Below are positions 26,756-39,825 of a stretch of 64,000 bases of DNA, piece after piece (position 1 is the stretch's first letter; every line of letters starts with the position of its first letter). This stretch comes from Eledone cirrhosa. Taxonomy: Eukaryota. Position numbers and translations under genes: made by a program. The notes beneath the pieces were generated by a model. That model ran no database searches and was not told the origin of the DNA. It was given only the letters and a program-made list of their open reading frames with translations. The stretch spans positions 24,924,001 through 24,988,000 of the forward strand of contig OZ024749.1 of assembly GCA_964016885.1 (NCBI GenBank). Direction: 5' to 3'.

Positions 26756-29700
26756 GCCATGTACTACCCATCAAATACATCGAATACAGAACAGACATAT
26801 ATCAACTGGAAAAAGAAACATCCCGAAAAAAGAGGCTATATTGACAGCAACAAACTAGCCAATATACGAAGAAATATTGTAAGAAAAAAGTTACTAACTG
26901 ATATAGAAATTGATCAGATCAAGCTATTAGCACAAAGTCAGCGAGGGGAAAATGAAACATGTGTCAGTGAAAACGAGGTAAACTGTAACACTTCGAATCC
27001 CAGGGTTGGGGCGGAATCACTGGCAACAGAAAAAATTAAAGAAAGGATCGAAAAAGTGGAGGGAGTGCATGCTCAGGATGAAACTCCAAATGAAAATAAT
27101 GAGATCGTAAATGATAAAGAAATGAATGAGAATGAACTTGCCAACTTGAAGGATGAAATTATGATCGAATGGATGAAAATGAAAGAATCTGACATGGGGC
27201 AACGAGACACCCTCCCTAAGATCCAGAACTCCAAACAGAACCAAAAGATAATACACAAGACTAACATAATTCTCAAAAACATTATCATCACAAACAAACT
27301 AAACATTACTGATTTAAATCATCTCTATTATGCATCGGCTAAAGTCACCACTCACTTATGTGGAGTGAAGAGGAAAAAACAAAGGAATTCCCACAAGAAA
27401 TCTACTTGGCAAGAGAACATCAATCGCCAAATAAACCTTCTCCGATCTGACAGAAATTTTAACAAACTATAAAGTAGGTGAACATGTTAAACAAACTAAA
27501 CTTAGAAAATTGAAAAAAAAGTACAGTATAAAATCAACATGTGACATAGACATGCTGATAGAAATAATCAAGCAAAAAGAGTCGGCCAAAGCTGCTCGTA
27601 TAAGGCGCTTTGAAAAACTATCTAGATTCTATAAGGACAATAATATGTTCAAAAACAACCAAAGAAACTTCTACAGAAAAATTGGTAGGTCAACAATAAC
27701 TGCTAAATCAATACCACCCAAGGAGGAAGTGCAAGAATTCTGGGAAAAGATCTGGGCCGAAGAAAAAGTTCATAACATACATGCCCCATGGATAGACAGA
27801 CAAATGAAAGATACAGCTCACCTTGAGGAACAAACATGGGAAAATATAACAGTTGAACAGTTGCGCTTGGCTCTAAGAAAAACCAGCAAATGGAAATCCC
27901 CAGGAAAAGACAAAATACAAAACTTTTGGATAAATGCCTTCACAGAGTCTCATGAGCTGTTAGTCCAACTTTACAATGAAATAGTTAAGGAGCCAGAAAA
28001 GATACCTTCATGGCTAGTTAACGGCATTACATTCCTGCTTCCGAAGAATGATGAGACAAACAATCCCAAAAATTACAGACCGATAACTTGCTTGACCACA
28101 ATGTATAAAATGTTAACATCAGTCCTAACTGAATACACATATGACCACCTGATAACAACTGACCTATTTCCCATTGAGCAGAAAGGGTGTAAACGAGGCT
28201 CATATAGCTGTAAGGATCAGCTTCTGGTTAACAAAATGATACTGGAAGATTGTCATAATAGACACAAAAATCTATCGATTGCTTGGATAGATTATAAAAA
28301 AGCATTTGATAGTTTGCCACACAGTTGGCTTGAAAAATGTTTAGAGATTTTCAAAGTATCCCCCGTTGTCAGGAGGTTTTTGTCATTCAGTATGAAGACA
28401 TGGAAAACGACACTCCTTTTGAATAGTGAAACAAAATCACTGGAAGCTGGAGAAGTTAATATTGAGTGTGGAATTTTTCAGGGTGACTCTTTATCACCGC
28501 TTTTATTCTGCATCGCACTTATACCATTAAGTAAAATGCTCAATGAAACAAAACATGGATATAAAGTCTATGACAAAACCATTAATCACCTGTTCTACAT
28601 GGATGACCTGAAACTATTTGCAAAAAATGATGAACAATTGCAACGGCTATTATCCACTGTGAAGCAGTTCAGTGATGACATTAAAATGGAGTTTGGACTA
28701 GATAAATGCGCCAAAGCAACGTTCACCAGAGGAAAGTTGCTGAAGAGTTCAGACATTAATCTTGATCGGGGAAACGTGATAAGAGAACTTGATCAAGAAA
28801 AAACTTACAAATATTTAGGTGTTTGTGAAGGAGACGGAATCAATCACTCGAAAATGAGGGAAAGGATAAGGAAGGAATGTTACCGCAGAGTGAGAGCAAT
28901 CTTAAAAACGGAATTGAATGCAAGGAATAGGATCGATGCCATAAACACGCTTGCCATACCAGTAGTAACCTACAGTTACAATGTCATCAACTGGTCAAGC
29001 ACAGAGATCCGTAGGCTCGATACAAAAATTCGAAAATTCTTAACCATGCACAGAATGCATCACCCTAAGGCAGATATAGATAGAATATATCTCCCTAGGA
29101 AAGAAGGAGGACGTGGGTTAATCCAGTTAGACATTGCGTTGAAAACTGCAACAATTGGATTATCTACATATCTAAGGGAATCACATGATTGGATGATCAA
29201 ACTCGTTTTGAAACACGAAAGCATCAAAAGATCATATTCCATTACAAAAGATGCACAAAGATACAGTAATGGACTACACATTTCAGAAGTCCCATTTACT
29301 GCTGAAATGGAAAACACAGACAAAGCAAAGCAGGTAAAAGTAACTGCAAAGAAAGAACTGCTACAGAAACTGGCTAAGAAATGGCAAGAAAAGCCTCTGT
29401 ATGGAAAATACCCAGAGCGAGCTAACAATCCTGAAGTTGACAAAACTTTAACCCATCAGTGGTTGGCATCCTCTGGACTGAAATCGGAGACTGAAGGACT
29501 GATTATATCGGCACAAGATCAGTGTCTGCCAACAAAAAATTACCAAGCCAACATAATAAAAAATGGGTGCAGCCCATTATGCCGTGTATGCAAAAAACAA
29601 CCAGAGACCATTGACCATATAATTTCAATGTGCAGTCCTATAGCTCCAACCGAATACCTAAACAGGCATGACAGAGCTGCACAATACATACATTGGATAA

Positions 29701-30272
29701 TGTGTAAGCATTTTGACCTGCCCCATCAAAGAATTGGTGGGAGCATCAACCACCTCCCATACTTGAAAAAGATCACATCTCAATCTTGTGGAACTTTAGC
29801 ATCCAAACAGACCGAAAAATAGATGCAATCAGACCTGATATAATATTGAAAGACTTTCTAATTGATATGTCTGTTCCAATAGACAAGAATGTATCTATAA
29901 AAACATTTGAAAAATTGAGCAAGTATAAGGACCTGGAGATAGAGATTGGAAAAATGTGGAAATTGAGAACTAAAACAATACCAGTGGTTGTAGGCGCTCT
30001 GGGAATGATACCTAATGGGTCTAATGATTACATATCGCAAATCCCAGGAAACCCGCGTATAGGAGAAATACAAAAGTTAGTACTAATGGGAACTGCCCAT
30101 ATACTAAAGAAGATTCTGTCAATATAAGTACATCACAAGTCTAAACACTAAAGATGCATGTGTGAATATCTATGTTCTTTCTTGAACATGGCGGACCTTG
30201 TTGTCTCTTGAGGTCACTGGTTGTGACTTGGTGATAACTCGTATGAACATAAAGCAAGATAAATGCAACTGT
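26756..30272 (+). mobile_element. Near full-length Dong/R4-like RLE non-LTR retrotransposon in (TAA)n (ORF broken into 26759-27472, 27510-29822 and 29786-30127)
   Basis: WKSPGKD, NYRPITCL, WIDYKKAFDS, GIFQGDSLSPLLF, YMDDLKL; CRVC...ETIDHIISMC, RHD; RPDII...LIDMSVP..K..KYKDL. Confidence 0.92.
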
Positions 30273-30296
30273 AATAATAATAATAATAATAATAAT

Positions 30297-30444
30297 GGCT
30301 TCTTTATTGGCCACAAGAGCTAACATGAAGAAAAAATTACAGTCGGCACAGAACGATACAGGACTATACAAAGTGGATTTTGACCTTGTAAAAAAGGTTA
30401 TAACAAGCAGATAGAAATATCAAAAAAATTCAAACAAAAACAAA
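30297..30444 (-). mobile_element. Tx1 3'UTR terminal fragment
   Basis: TTCTTTATTGGCCACAAG terminal motif abutting (TAA)n. Confidence 0.6.
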
Positions 30445-30464
30445 ATAATAATAATAATATTAAA

Positions 30465-30810
30465 GATTTCATTTATTGGCCACAAGGGCCGACATCGACG
30501 GGAAATTACAAAAATAGGGACCGTTAGGGTTTACAATAAGGTCGAGTAAATGTTCACAAAACCAATTCAACAATGAAGATATAAAAAAATATAAAATAAA
30601 CTATGCATAAATATAACAAAATAAATTCCCCTGTAGGGGGTGGATGACCCAGGGGTGATTCAGCTATCCCACTAATCCTGAACCACCCTGCGCTTCTATG
30701 GCACCCAGGGAGAGCACCCCTCTCCTCAAGTTAGCTAGCCTATAGGCGCATGGTCAGAGTAGGCCCATTCACACGGGCCATTCTCGCCACATTCATCCAC
30801 CTTTTAGCAA
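30465..30810 (-). mobile_element. Tx1 3' fragment (ORF2 C-terminus + 3'UTR)
   Basis: GGCCCATTCACACGGGCCATTCTCGCCACATTCATCCACC encodes RWMNVARMARVNGP; terminal motif TTTATTGGCCACAAGGG. Confidence 0.8.
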
Positions 30811-30826
30811 TATTAATAATAATAAT

Positions 30827-31010
30827 AATTGTTTCTACTTTTGGCACAGGGCCAGCAATTACCCAGTGCATTACTGGTACTTTATTTCATCGACCCCGTG
30901 AGGATAAAAGGCAAAGTTAACCTTGGCGGGATTTGAACTCAGAATGGCAAGGGACGTAACTCTATGCATGAAAGCATGGCGTCCGACCCTCTACCGATAC
31001 TATAATCCAC
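30827..31010 (-). mobile_element. SINE, full length, ending in (ATT)n
   Basis: Same family as 601-790. Confidence 0.88.
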
Positions 31011-31047
31011 AATAATAATAATGAATAAGAATTCTAATAGTAATAAT

Positions 31048-31650
31048 GATTTCTTTTTGGCCACAAGGGCTGACATCAAGAAAAACATTACAGACGGCAC
31101 AGGGCGGTACAGGACGGTACGATGTGGGTTTTGTGCGTGTAAATAATTTTATTATTTATATAAGAAAAGAAAAAAAAGGACATAGAAACATATATATATA
31201 TATAAACAATAAAAATGAAAATTGAAACAATGAAAAATTCCCCAATAGGGGTGAAACCTCCGAGGGTTACTCGTGGCGAAAACCACACATAAGACCACGG
31301 CCACCCTGACCAGCAGGGCAAGCGCCCTCTCTCAATGTTTCCATTTCTCAAACTACAGACGTATATTCAGAGTGGTCCCGTTCACTCGGCCCATTCTCGC
31401 TACATTCACCCACCTTTCAACAAACTTGCTAGAAGGCAACACTTGCCTCTCCACCCTGATTTTCCTCTTCAACTGAAACTTGAGAAAGTTAATTAGGGAT
31501 TCGCCGAAGAGGAAAGTGTCTGTCTTTAACCCTTGTAACTTTGTCCACCACACAATCTCTTTCGCCATGGCCACCAGGCAGATGAAAACCGCCTGCCCTT
31601 CCTCCTCGAAGGAAGACGGCGAGACCATCTGCACAATGGACTCAGTCGAC
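31048..31650 (-). mobile_element. Tx1 3' fragment
   Basis: EGQAVFICLVAMAKEIVWWT...VERWVNVARMGRVNG; 3'UTR homologous to 19186-19447. Confidence 0.88.
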
Positions 31651-31963
31651 AATAGTAATAATGGTGATATTATTAATGTACGTTAAGCCGCTGTGTCAAA
31701 AGACAACCTCCTTCCTTACTTTAATACAAACGAGGTATATATCATATAATGGCAAACATCTTTATTGTAGACGGTTCGTTGATGATATTTGCAGACATAA
31801 CACTTTTCTGCTCCATTGAAGTAGCCGCCATTTTTTAATATAGTTCTCTTTTAGTTGCTTTTATATACATACCCATATACACACACACACACACATACAC
31901 ATACAAAGACACACAGACACAGAGACAGACATACACACACACACACTTATATATATATGTATA

Positions 31964-32021
<58 letters not shown>

Positions 32022-32212
32022 TATATATATATAAGTGTGTGTGTGTGTATATGTATATATATATTAGTATATATATGCATATATATGCATATATATATAC
32101 ACATGAATAAAGATATACATATATATTATATATAAATGAATACATACACACGTACATATTCATATATATATATATGTATATTTATATAAATATTATATGT
32201 AAATATATATAC

Positions 32213-32283
<71 letters not shown>

Positions 32284-32285
<2 letters not shown>

Positions 32286-32463
32286 TTTATCCCGGGTTCA
32301 ATCTGGGGTAACCACAGTAAGTAAGGTACTCAGTTCAAAGCCAAGTATAAATATTTAATATAGAAAAGGCTTCTACAGGACAAGAACTGTTTCAGGGAGC
32401 GCTGATGATTATTCCCGAATGACACAGTTCTTGTCCTGTAGAAGCCTTTTCTATATTAAATAT
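32284..32463 (-). mobile_element. Small fold-back element with 40-bp perfect arms and a degenerate HHR
   Basis: 32351-32390 is the reverse complement of 32424-32463; loop has CTGATGA-TTATTCCCGAAT-GACA; the opposite arm retains GAAACAG; left tail abuts (TA)n. Confidence 0.75.
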
Positions 32464-32595
32464 ATATATATTCACACACGGATGGAAATTCATGAAAAAA
32501 ACCCCATGAAGGCACACCAATACGCACACACACACACACAGATACTTATATATGTATATATATATATATATGTTTATATATATATATATACATAT

Positions 32596-32699
32596 CCGTC
32601 GGGGTCATAGTTTTTCCTATTTCCTACTCTACTACCCTATGTATTGAGTACTCTGGTGCGTTATGGTCCATCTGGTTCCTTACCACAATTCCTTTGTTA
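32596..32699 (+). mobile_element. Family A partial copy (opposite orientation)
   Basis: CCGTCGGGG...CTCTACTACCCTATGTATTGAGTACTCTGGTGCGTTATGGTCC. Confidence 0.8.
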
Positions 32700-32786
32700 T
32701 ATATATATATATATATTGAATGTATAAATATATATATATATATTCAATGTATAAATACATATATATATATTATATATATATATATA

Positions 32787-33682
32787 CAAGGTGTGTCAGA
32801 AAAGTTCCAGGACTGATGTCACAAAAGATTTATTTGAAACCCAAACTTCACACTAAGAGTTTTCTCCTTCAAAGTAATCCCCCTGGAGTATGCAACTGTA
32901 ATATCAGCTCTCTGTAGCGATCAAACTTTTTTATTCATAATTTTATATACATGTCCTCTGTTTCAGGTCGTCAAGAAATGAGAACAGAGCAACGAACAAA
33001 CTTGAAAACTCCGTCAGATGCACTGGGATTGCTGCAGCAAGAGTATGGAGATGAGACCATGTCACAATCACGTGTTTGTGAGTGGTGCAAGAGGTTTAAA
33101 GAAGGCCGAGGGGACGTGGAAGATGACCCCAGGGTCGGAAGACCCTCAACAACCAGGACTGATGTCAACGTTGAGCGTATCAGGCAGATGGTGCGTAGTG
33201 ATCGTCGGCTGACTGTTCGACTGATGGCAAATGAGCTGAGCATGAATCGGGACAGCGTCTGGGAGATTCTCACTGAAGATTTGGACATGCGGAAAGTCTG
33301 CGCGAAGATGATGCTAAAACTGTTGAACGGTGACCAGAAGGGTCGACGCATGCAAGTGTGCCAGGAAATCCTCGAGCGTCTTGAAACCGAACCAGACTTG
33401 CTAGGGACATTCATCACCGGTGATGAGTCATGGATCTTCGAGTACAACCCGGAGGAGACCGGTTTTGAAGGCGTGGACGACATCTAAAAGGCCGTGACAA
33501 CCAGACTGCGGAAAATCACGGAAGAATCCTTCCAGGAGTGATTGCAAGCGTGGCAGAAGAGGAAGGAAAAGTGCATTAGACTCCAGGTGGATTACTTTGC
33601 ATGAGAAAACTCTTAGTGTGAAGTTTGGGTTTGAAATAAATATTTTGTGACATCAGTCCTGGAACTTTTCTGACCCACCTCG
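32787..33682 (+). mobile_element. Internally deleted mariner (Tc1/mariner) element with ~100-bp TIRs, TA flanks
   Basis: 32787-32889 is the reverse complement of 33580-33682 (few mismatches); TA on both sides. Confidence 0.9.
32978..33605 (+). pseudogene. Mariner transposase remnant
   Basis: HTH region (W.KRFKEGR..VEDDPR.GRP), DRRLTVR, ITGDESWIFEYNPE joined directly to C-terminal FQE...WQKR.EKCI...DYF; catalytic core deleted. Confidence 0.88.
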
Positions 33683-33712
33683 TATATATATATATACACG
33701 CACACACACATT

Positions 33713-33821
<109 letters not shown>

Positions 33822-34028
33822 GTGTGTGTGTTACTTCATGATCTTTTTATGAGTTTCCATCCGGTTTACTACACTCCCGCTTCAGGCAGTTCCCATCGAC
33901 ATTATTATGGTTCTCCTGACCACTTCTCGTAAACTGGGTGTCATTTGCACTTCATCTATTTACGTGTATGATATTTATTGCTCAATGTTATTCACTATGT
34001 GATATATACCATAGAAACACTTGCTTCG

Positions 34029-34210
<182 letters not shown>

Positions 34211-34223
34211 ATATATATATATA

Positions 34224-34291
<68 letters not shown>

Positions 34292-34292
34292 A

Positions 34293-34362
<70 letters not shown>

Positions 34363-34402
34363 ATATATATATACATATATATATATGTATATATATATAT
34401 AC

Positions 34403-36268
34403 ATAACTTTGAATAATAACTTTGAAATGTTTTGGCCAGTATTGGCCCAGGCCATGTCTAACTAAATAGCAACACCTTGCGAAGTCTTTCAATTCAGCAT
34501 TTGGGCACCATGGCCCATTCGAGAAGAGAATTACTGTTTGCGGAGACATATCCGGGTGAGGGGGTGGTTTGTCTGGAATTACTTGGAGGAATTTGTCCAA
34601 AGACTTCTTGAATTTTGTGTGGTCAGTTTCTGTTTAGACGTGTCCTGGTGTGATGTTGAAGAGAGCAGGGCCAATTGAGGTGAAATAATTGTGCCGTATT
34701 GTTGTTATGAGTTGCGATTTAGATTTTTGTTTGGGACGGATAGCACCGGGCCCCAGCCTTGGGTGTATTTTGAAGGTGATGCCAACATCATTTGGAGAGT
34801 GCTGATGAAACATTTTCCACATCATGCAGATAATATAACGCTCACGGCGACGTTGGAGTGAGTAAAGTTTCAATTTTCTAGTCGACCCCAGTAGTCAAGG
34901 TCTGACATGCCATCTATCTTTTTCGTGATTGCCCTTTGGGGAGCTTCAAGTTTCATGATACTTTGTTTCGTGTGGGGAGACCACAGTGGACAGCAGTATT
35001 CAAGCTGTGGTCGGGCAAAAGTGGAGAAAAGAAGGATAATGGTGTGGGAATCTCTCGACTGTAAGGTTCTGAGGATCCAGGAACACATTCTGCGGGCCAT
35101 GTCAACTTGGCTGCTTATATGCGTGGCCCAGCTTATGTTGCTGTCCACGGTTACTCCCAAGTCTCTGATGTTGTTAGATGCCACGAGAGACTCACCGGAG
35201 GGAAGGGAGTACGGGAGTTACAGAGCATCCTCTTTTCCAAAGTGGATCAGTTCGAATTTGTCTTCGTTCAGTAACATGTTCTTTTCCGCCCATTGGGTAA
35301 CAGCCAGTAGGTCTGACTGAAGGCTTATCTGGTCATCCACGCCATTGATGACCTTTTGGAGCTTGGAATCATCAGCGAAAATTCTAATGTTGCTGTGTTT
35401 GATGATGTCAGTGATGTCATTAATATAGATGATGAAGAGAAGTGGGCCCGGCACAGTGCCTTGTGGGAACCCACTACTGACTTTGGCTGGGCTGGATTTG
35501 ACCTCTTCGACTACAACATGTTGGGTTCTGTTTGACAGGAAGCACTTGATCCACTGCAGCAGATTCCAGTGACACCAATATTGGACAGCTTTCTCAGTAG
35601 AATGTTGTGATCAGCCCTGTCAAAGGCCTTGGTGAAATCAAGGTAGATAACATCAGTGTTGGAACCCTCTCCGAAGGCTCTCAAAATGTCATCAAAGTGA
35701 TGCAGTAGCTGCGTCAGGCAATCCCTTCCATTACGGAATCCATGCTGGTTGGAGTTCAGCATATTGTTACTCTCAAGGAAGTGGGTCATTCGCGATCTCA
35801 CCACTCTCTCAAATACCTTAATGATATGAGAGGTGAGTGAGATTGGACGGTAATTCACGGCAAAGGATTTGTTTCCTTTTTTTGAAGACTGGCTGGGATA
35901 GAAGGTTTTCTGGCACATATCCAGCATCCAGTGAGTTCCGCCACAGATTGGCAAGAGGAGATGCAAGTTGGTGTTGACACGCCTTCAAGACACAAGCAAG
36001 GAACATATCGGGACCTACTGCTGAATTATGCTTGATTTCCTTTATTGCTGCTAAGACATCTGGGGCAGCCAAACGTTATGTCCGATAAGCTGTAATGGGG
36101 AGTAACATCGCCGATACAGCCCAGATCGGCCATATAAGGATTGCTGAAAACAGAGCAGTATTGTTTGTGCAGTTTCTCACCCATGGTTTCAGCATTGTCT
36201 TGAAGAGTGCCATTTTCATCAATTAGAGGGCCAAAAGTAGAACCAGTGATTTTGTGTGTTTTTTGCAA
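34403..36268 (-). mobile_element. Decayed CR1/L2-group LINE fragment (RT)
   Basis: NYRPISLTSHIIKVFERVVR, QHGFR, YLDFTKAFD, GVPQGTVPGPLLFIIYIND, FADDSKL, RPQLEYCCPLWSP, LYSLQRRRERY across several frames. Confidence 0.88.
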
Positions 36269-36296
36269 ATTAATATATATATATATGTATATATAT

Positions 36297-36400
36297 AGGA
36301 AATGAGGTAAGGAACCAGGTGGACCATAACGCACCAAATTACTCAATACTTAAGGTAGTAGAGTGGGTAATAGGAACGAGTAGGACCCCGACGGCTGAGC
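36297..36400 (-). mobile_element. Family A partial copy (no inverted arm)
   Basis: GGTAAGGAACCAGGTGGACCATAACGCACC...CCCCGACGGCTGAGC. Confidence 0.8.
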
Positions 36401-36499
36401 ACATATATATATGTGTGTGTGTGTGTATATATACATACATACATATATATATATATGTAAAATAAAGTTAAATAAAAGTCAAAGATTAAAATATATATG

Positions 36500-36616
<117 letters not shown>

Positions 36617-36641
36617 ATATATACATATATCTATATCTATA

Positions 36642-36719
<78 letters not shown>

Positions 36720-36910
36720 CACATACACAAATATATATATATATATATACACACATACACAAACATATATATATATATATATACATATACACAAACATAT
36801 ATATATATATATATACACATACACAAACATATATATATATATATATACGTATACAAACATATATATATATATATATGATATGCGATATATTTAATGAAAT
36901 CTAGGATAGG

Positions 36911-37090
36911 CACAATTTGGGATGTCGATTAAATCGACCTCAGTTCGTTACTGGAGCTATATTTATTCGACACCGTAAGGATGTAAGGCAAAGTTAACCT
37001 CGGCAGGATTTGAACTCAGAATGGCAAGGGCCGTAACTCTATGCGTCAAAGCATGATGTCCGACCCTCTACCAATACTGCCAATTCAACC
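36911..37090 (-). mobile_element. SINE copy with a variant 3' part
   Basis: Head and core nearly identical to 661-790; 3' portion differs. Confidence 0.8.
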
Positions 37091-37251
37091 GAAATACTAC
37101 CCTGAATTCGTATTATTTATATTGACAACATTTCTAAGAGGATCAGGTTTTACATATATGTCAAACGTTTTATAGTTGCCTCTCAGATTTATATTCCTCC
37201 TTGTTGGTAACACTCAATCTTATATCGGTTCCATTCTAATCCATCTCAATG

Positions 37252-37314
<63 letters not shown>

Positions 37315-37555
37315 TATTGTGTTCAACTATTTATATATATATATATATATATAATATTAGGGATACTATTCATGGTTATGTATATATTAAACTTTTTATA
37401 GTTATGTATATTTTAAATCTTAAACAGTGGAGGGCACTAAATTATTACTACCTTATTACCTGTAAGATAAATAGCTCAATGTAATAACATCAGTTGTTCT
37501 ACAGAGCAGTTATATAGAATTCACAAGAATCAAAGCTACGTTCAAAGCAGTTATT

Positions 37556-37603
37556 CACTTACAATTGTTTCATCCAAACCTAGGCTTGGAGTCTTCGGAG
37601 CAT
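37556..37603 (-). ncRNA. Hammerhead-like motif with C4 core (CCGAAGA)
   Basis: ATGCT-CCGAAGA-C-TCCAAGCC TA GGTTTGGA-T-GAAA-CAATTG-TA-AGTG. Confidence 0.65.
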
Positions 37604-38285
37604 TTTTCAATGCTTGCACATATAATTGACCTCCTTTCCGATGCAAGTGACATACAGATACATATATGTTGATGTACAGTGGAGTGACATATATTACACT
37701 ATACTATTTTTGTACAGCAATTCAAATTAAAGATCAAAATCAAAATCAAAATTAAAATAAAAATCAATATTAAAATACATTGGGCAGATCACACAGATAA
37801 TGCAGGAGGATAGCTTGATAGTCAGATCTAGTAAATAGTGTATGCGTTAGTTACACATGGATCATGCACGTGTGACTCATTTTTATACGATTATTGTGTG
37901 GCAGGGTGTTGCATGTAATGCAAGCACTTTAAGCGGGTAAGCAAGAGTATTATGGTGGTTGTAGTGGTAGGGTATTTTTAGTATAGATCAAAAAGGTATG
38001 TGTGCAGAAAATAAAAGATAAAAAGAAGAAGCAAAAGAATGTTATAGTTTTCGTATCCACCACCATTTTTCACATTCAGAAAAAGGAAGAGAAGGTTTTT
38101 ACATCCATCACATAAGTAACGATGATTCCGTAGTGAATTTTTGATGCATTAAATTATTGTAGTGTATTGAGGCTCAGTGTCATTTAATCCATATTTATAG
38201 AATAGCTTCTTTCTGCTGCGAGAATTTACAGTCCTCCTGCATTATCTTTTTTATCTGCCGAATGAATTTACTATCCTCCTGCATT

Positions 38286-38470
38286 GGTGAATTGGCAGTA
38301 TCAGTAGAGGGTTGGACGCCATGCTTTCTAGCATAGTTACGTCCCTTTACGGTTTGAGTTCAAATCCCGTCGAGGTTAACTTTGCCTTTCATCCTTACGG
38401 GGTCGATAAAATAAAGTACCAGTAGTGTACTGGGTAATTGCTGGCCTTGTGCCAAAAGTAGAAACAATTA
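38286..38470 (+). mobile_element. SINE, full length, inserted into a fold-back arm
   Basis: GGTGAATTGGCAGTATC...GAGTTCAAATCCC...GGCCTTGTGCCAAAAGTAGAAACAATT; splits CTCCTGCATT|ATCTGTG. Confidence 0.9.
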
Positions 38471-38678
38471 TCTGTGTTATCTGTCCAATGTATTTTAATT
38501 TTGATTTTGATTTTGATTTTGATTTTGATTTTGATCATGAATTTGAATTGCTGTACAAAAATAGGATAGTGTAATATATGTCACTCCACAGTACATCAGT
38601 GTATATATATATATATATATGTATCTGTATGTCTCTTGTGTCGGAAAGGAGGTCAATTATATGTGCAAACATTGAAAA

Positions 38679-38727
38679 ATGCTCCGAAGACTCCAAGCCA
38701 GGTTTGGATGAAACAAAATTGTAAGTG
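38679..38727 (+). ncRNA. Hammerhead-like motif with C4 core (inverted copy)
   Basis: ATGCT-CCGAAGA-CTCCAAGCCAGGTTTGGAT-GAAA-CAAAATTG-TA-AGTG. Confidence 0.6.
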
Positions 38728-38772
38728 AATAAATGCTTTGAACATAGCTTTGATTCTTCTGAATTCTCTCTC

Positions 38773-38838
<66 letters not shown>

Positions 38839-38894
38839 TGAACCGTTAAGGTCTCCTTCCTGGATATGTCAATATTTATATAACAAACTTTGTA

Positions 38895-38951
38895 TTTTAT
38901 CTGATGAGAGCGTACCAAAGTTTTAGCACCCTTGAAATATATATAATAGAA
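38895..38951 (+). ncRNA. Hammerhead motif in a short (TA)n-flanked repeat (38835-about 39000; homolog at 56880-57075)
   Basis: TTTTAT-CTGATGA-GAGCGT...ACCCTT-GAAA-TATATA-TA-ATAGAA. Confidence 0.65.
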
Positions 38952-39105
38952 TAAATATGGTTTCATAAATATAGTTTCCATTTATTTAATATATTTGATA
39001 TTATATTCCAGAAACACTGTCGAGTGCTTCGAATCAGTTGCAAATATATATATTTGTTGAATTACCAACAAATGAAATATCCCTTTGCTTATATATATAT
39101 ATATA

Positions 39106-39203
<98 letters not shown>

Positions 39204-39654
39204 TATGTGTGTGGATATTTGAAGGTGTTTAGGGTCTATGTGTCAATATATTACTTCCCACCACAGTGAACATTCTAGTAATTATACTCTAATAGATAAT
39301 ACATGTCGCAACACATATTTATGTATACACATACACTTATTCATACACAAACATACATAGAGAAAACAGATGCATATGTACACACGTATATACGGAGGGA
39401 CGTATACGCACGTATATATATACGTTGACACCCACACATTTACGTACATAGACATGCATACATGCAAAGATGCATACATGCAAACATGCATACATAGAAA
39501 GAGATATATATCTCCACACGCAGATATATACACCTAGAGTAACACACACACACACACACAAACGCATGTACACACATTTATATATATATATATATGTGTG
39601 TGTGCGTGTGTGTATACAGAAACATACATACAGAGAAAGAGATTCATATGCTCA

Positions 39655-39825
39655 CACATCCACGGAGACACAAGCAGACACAGATACACACACACGGAGA
39701 CACAATCAGACACACAGACACAAACACATGGAGACACAATCAGACACACATACACACACACGGAGAGACAATCAGACACACACAGACACATACAGAGACA
39801 CAAACAGACACATACAGACGCACAC
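39655..39825. repeat. Degenerate ~34-bp (CA)-derived minisatellite
   Basis: Repeating CACGGAGACACAATCAGACACA. Confidence 0.7.

Larger units (their letters stand above)
37330..38766 (-). mobile_element. Large HHR fold-back element (arms 37517-37813 and 38271-38766, the right arm interrupted by a SINE)
   Basis: ~300-bp inverted arms with (ATCAAA)n; one HHR-like motif per arm; unique extension left of 37517; left boundary uncertain. Confidence 0.75.
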
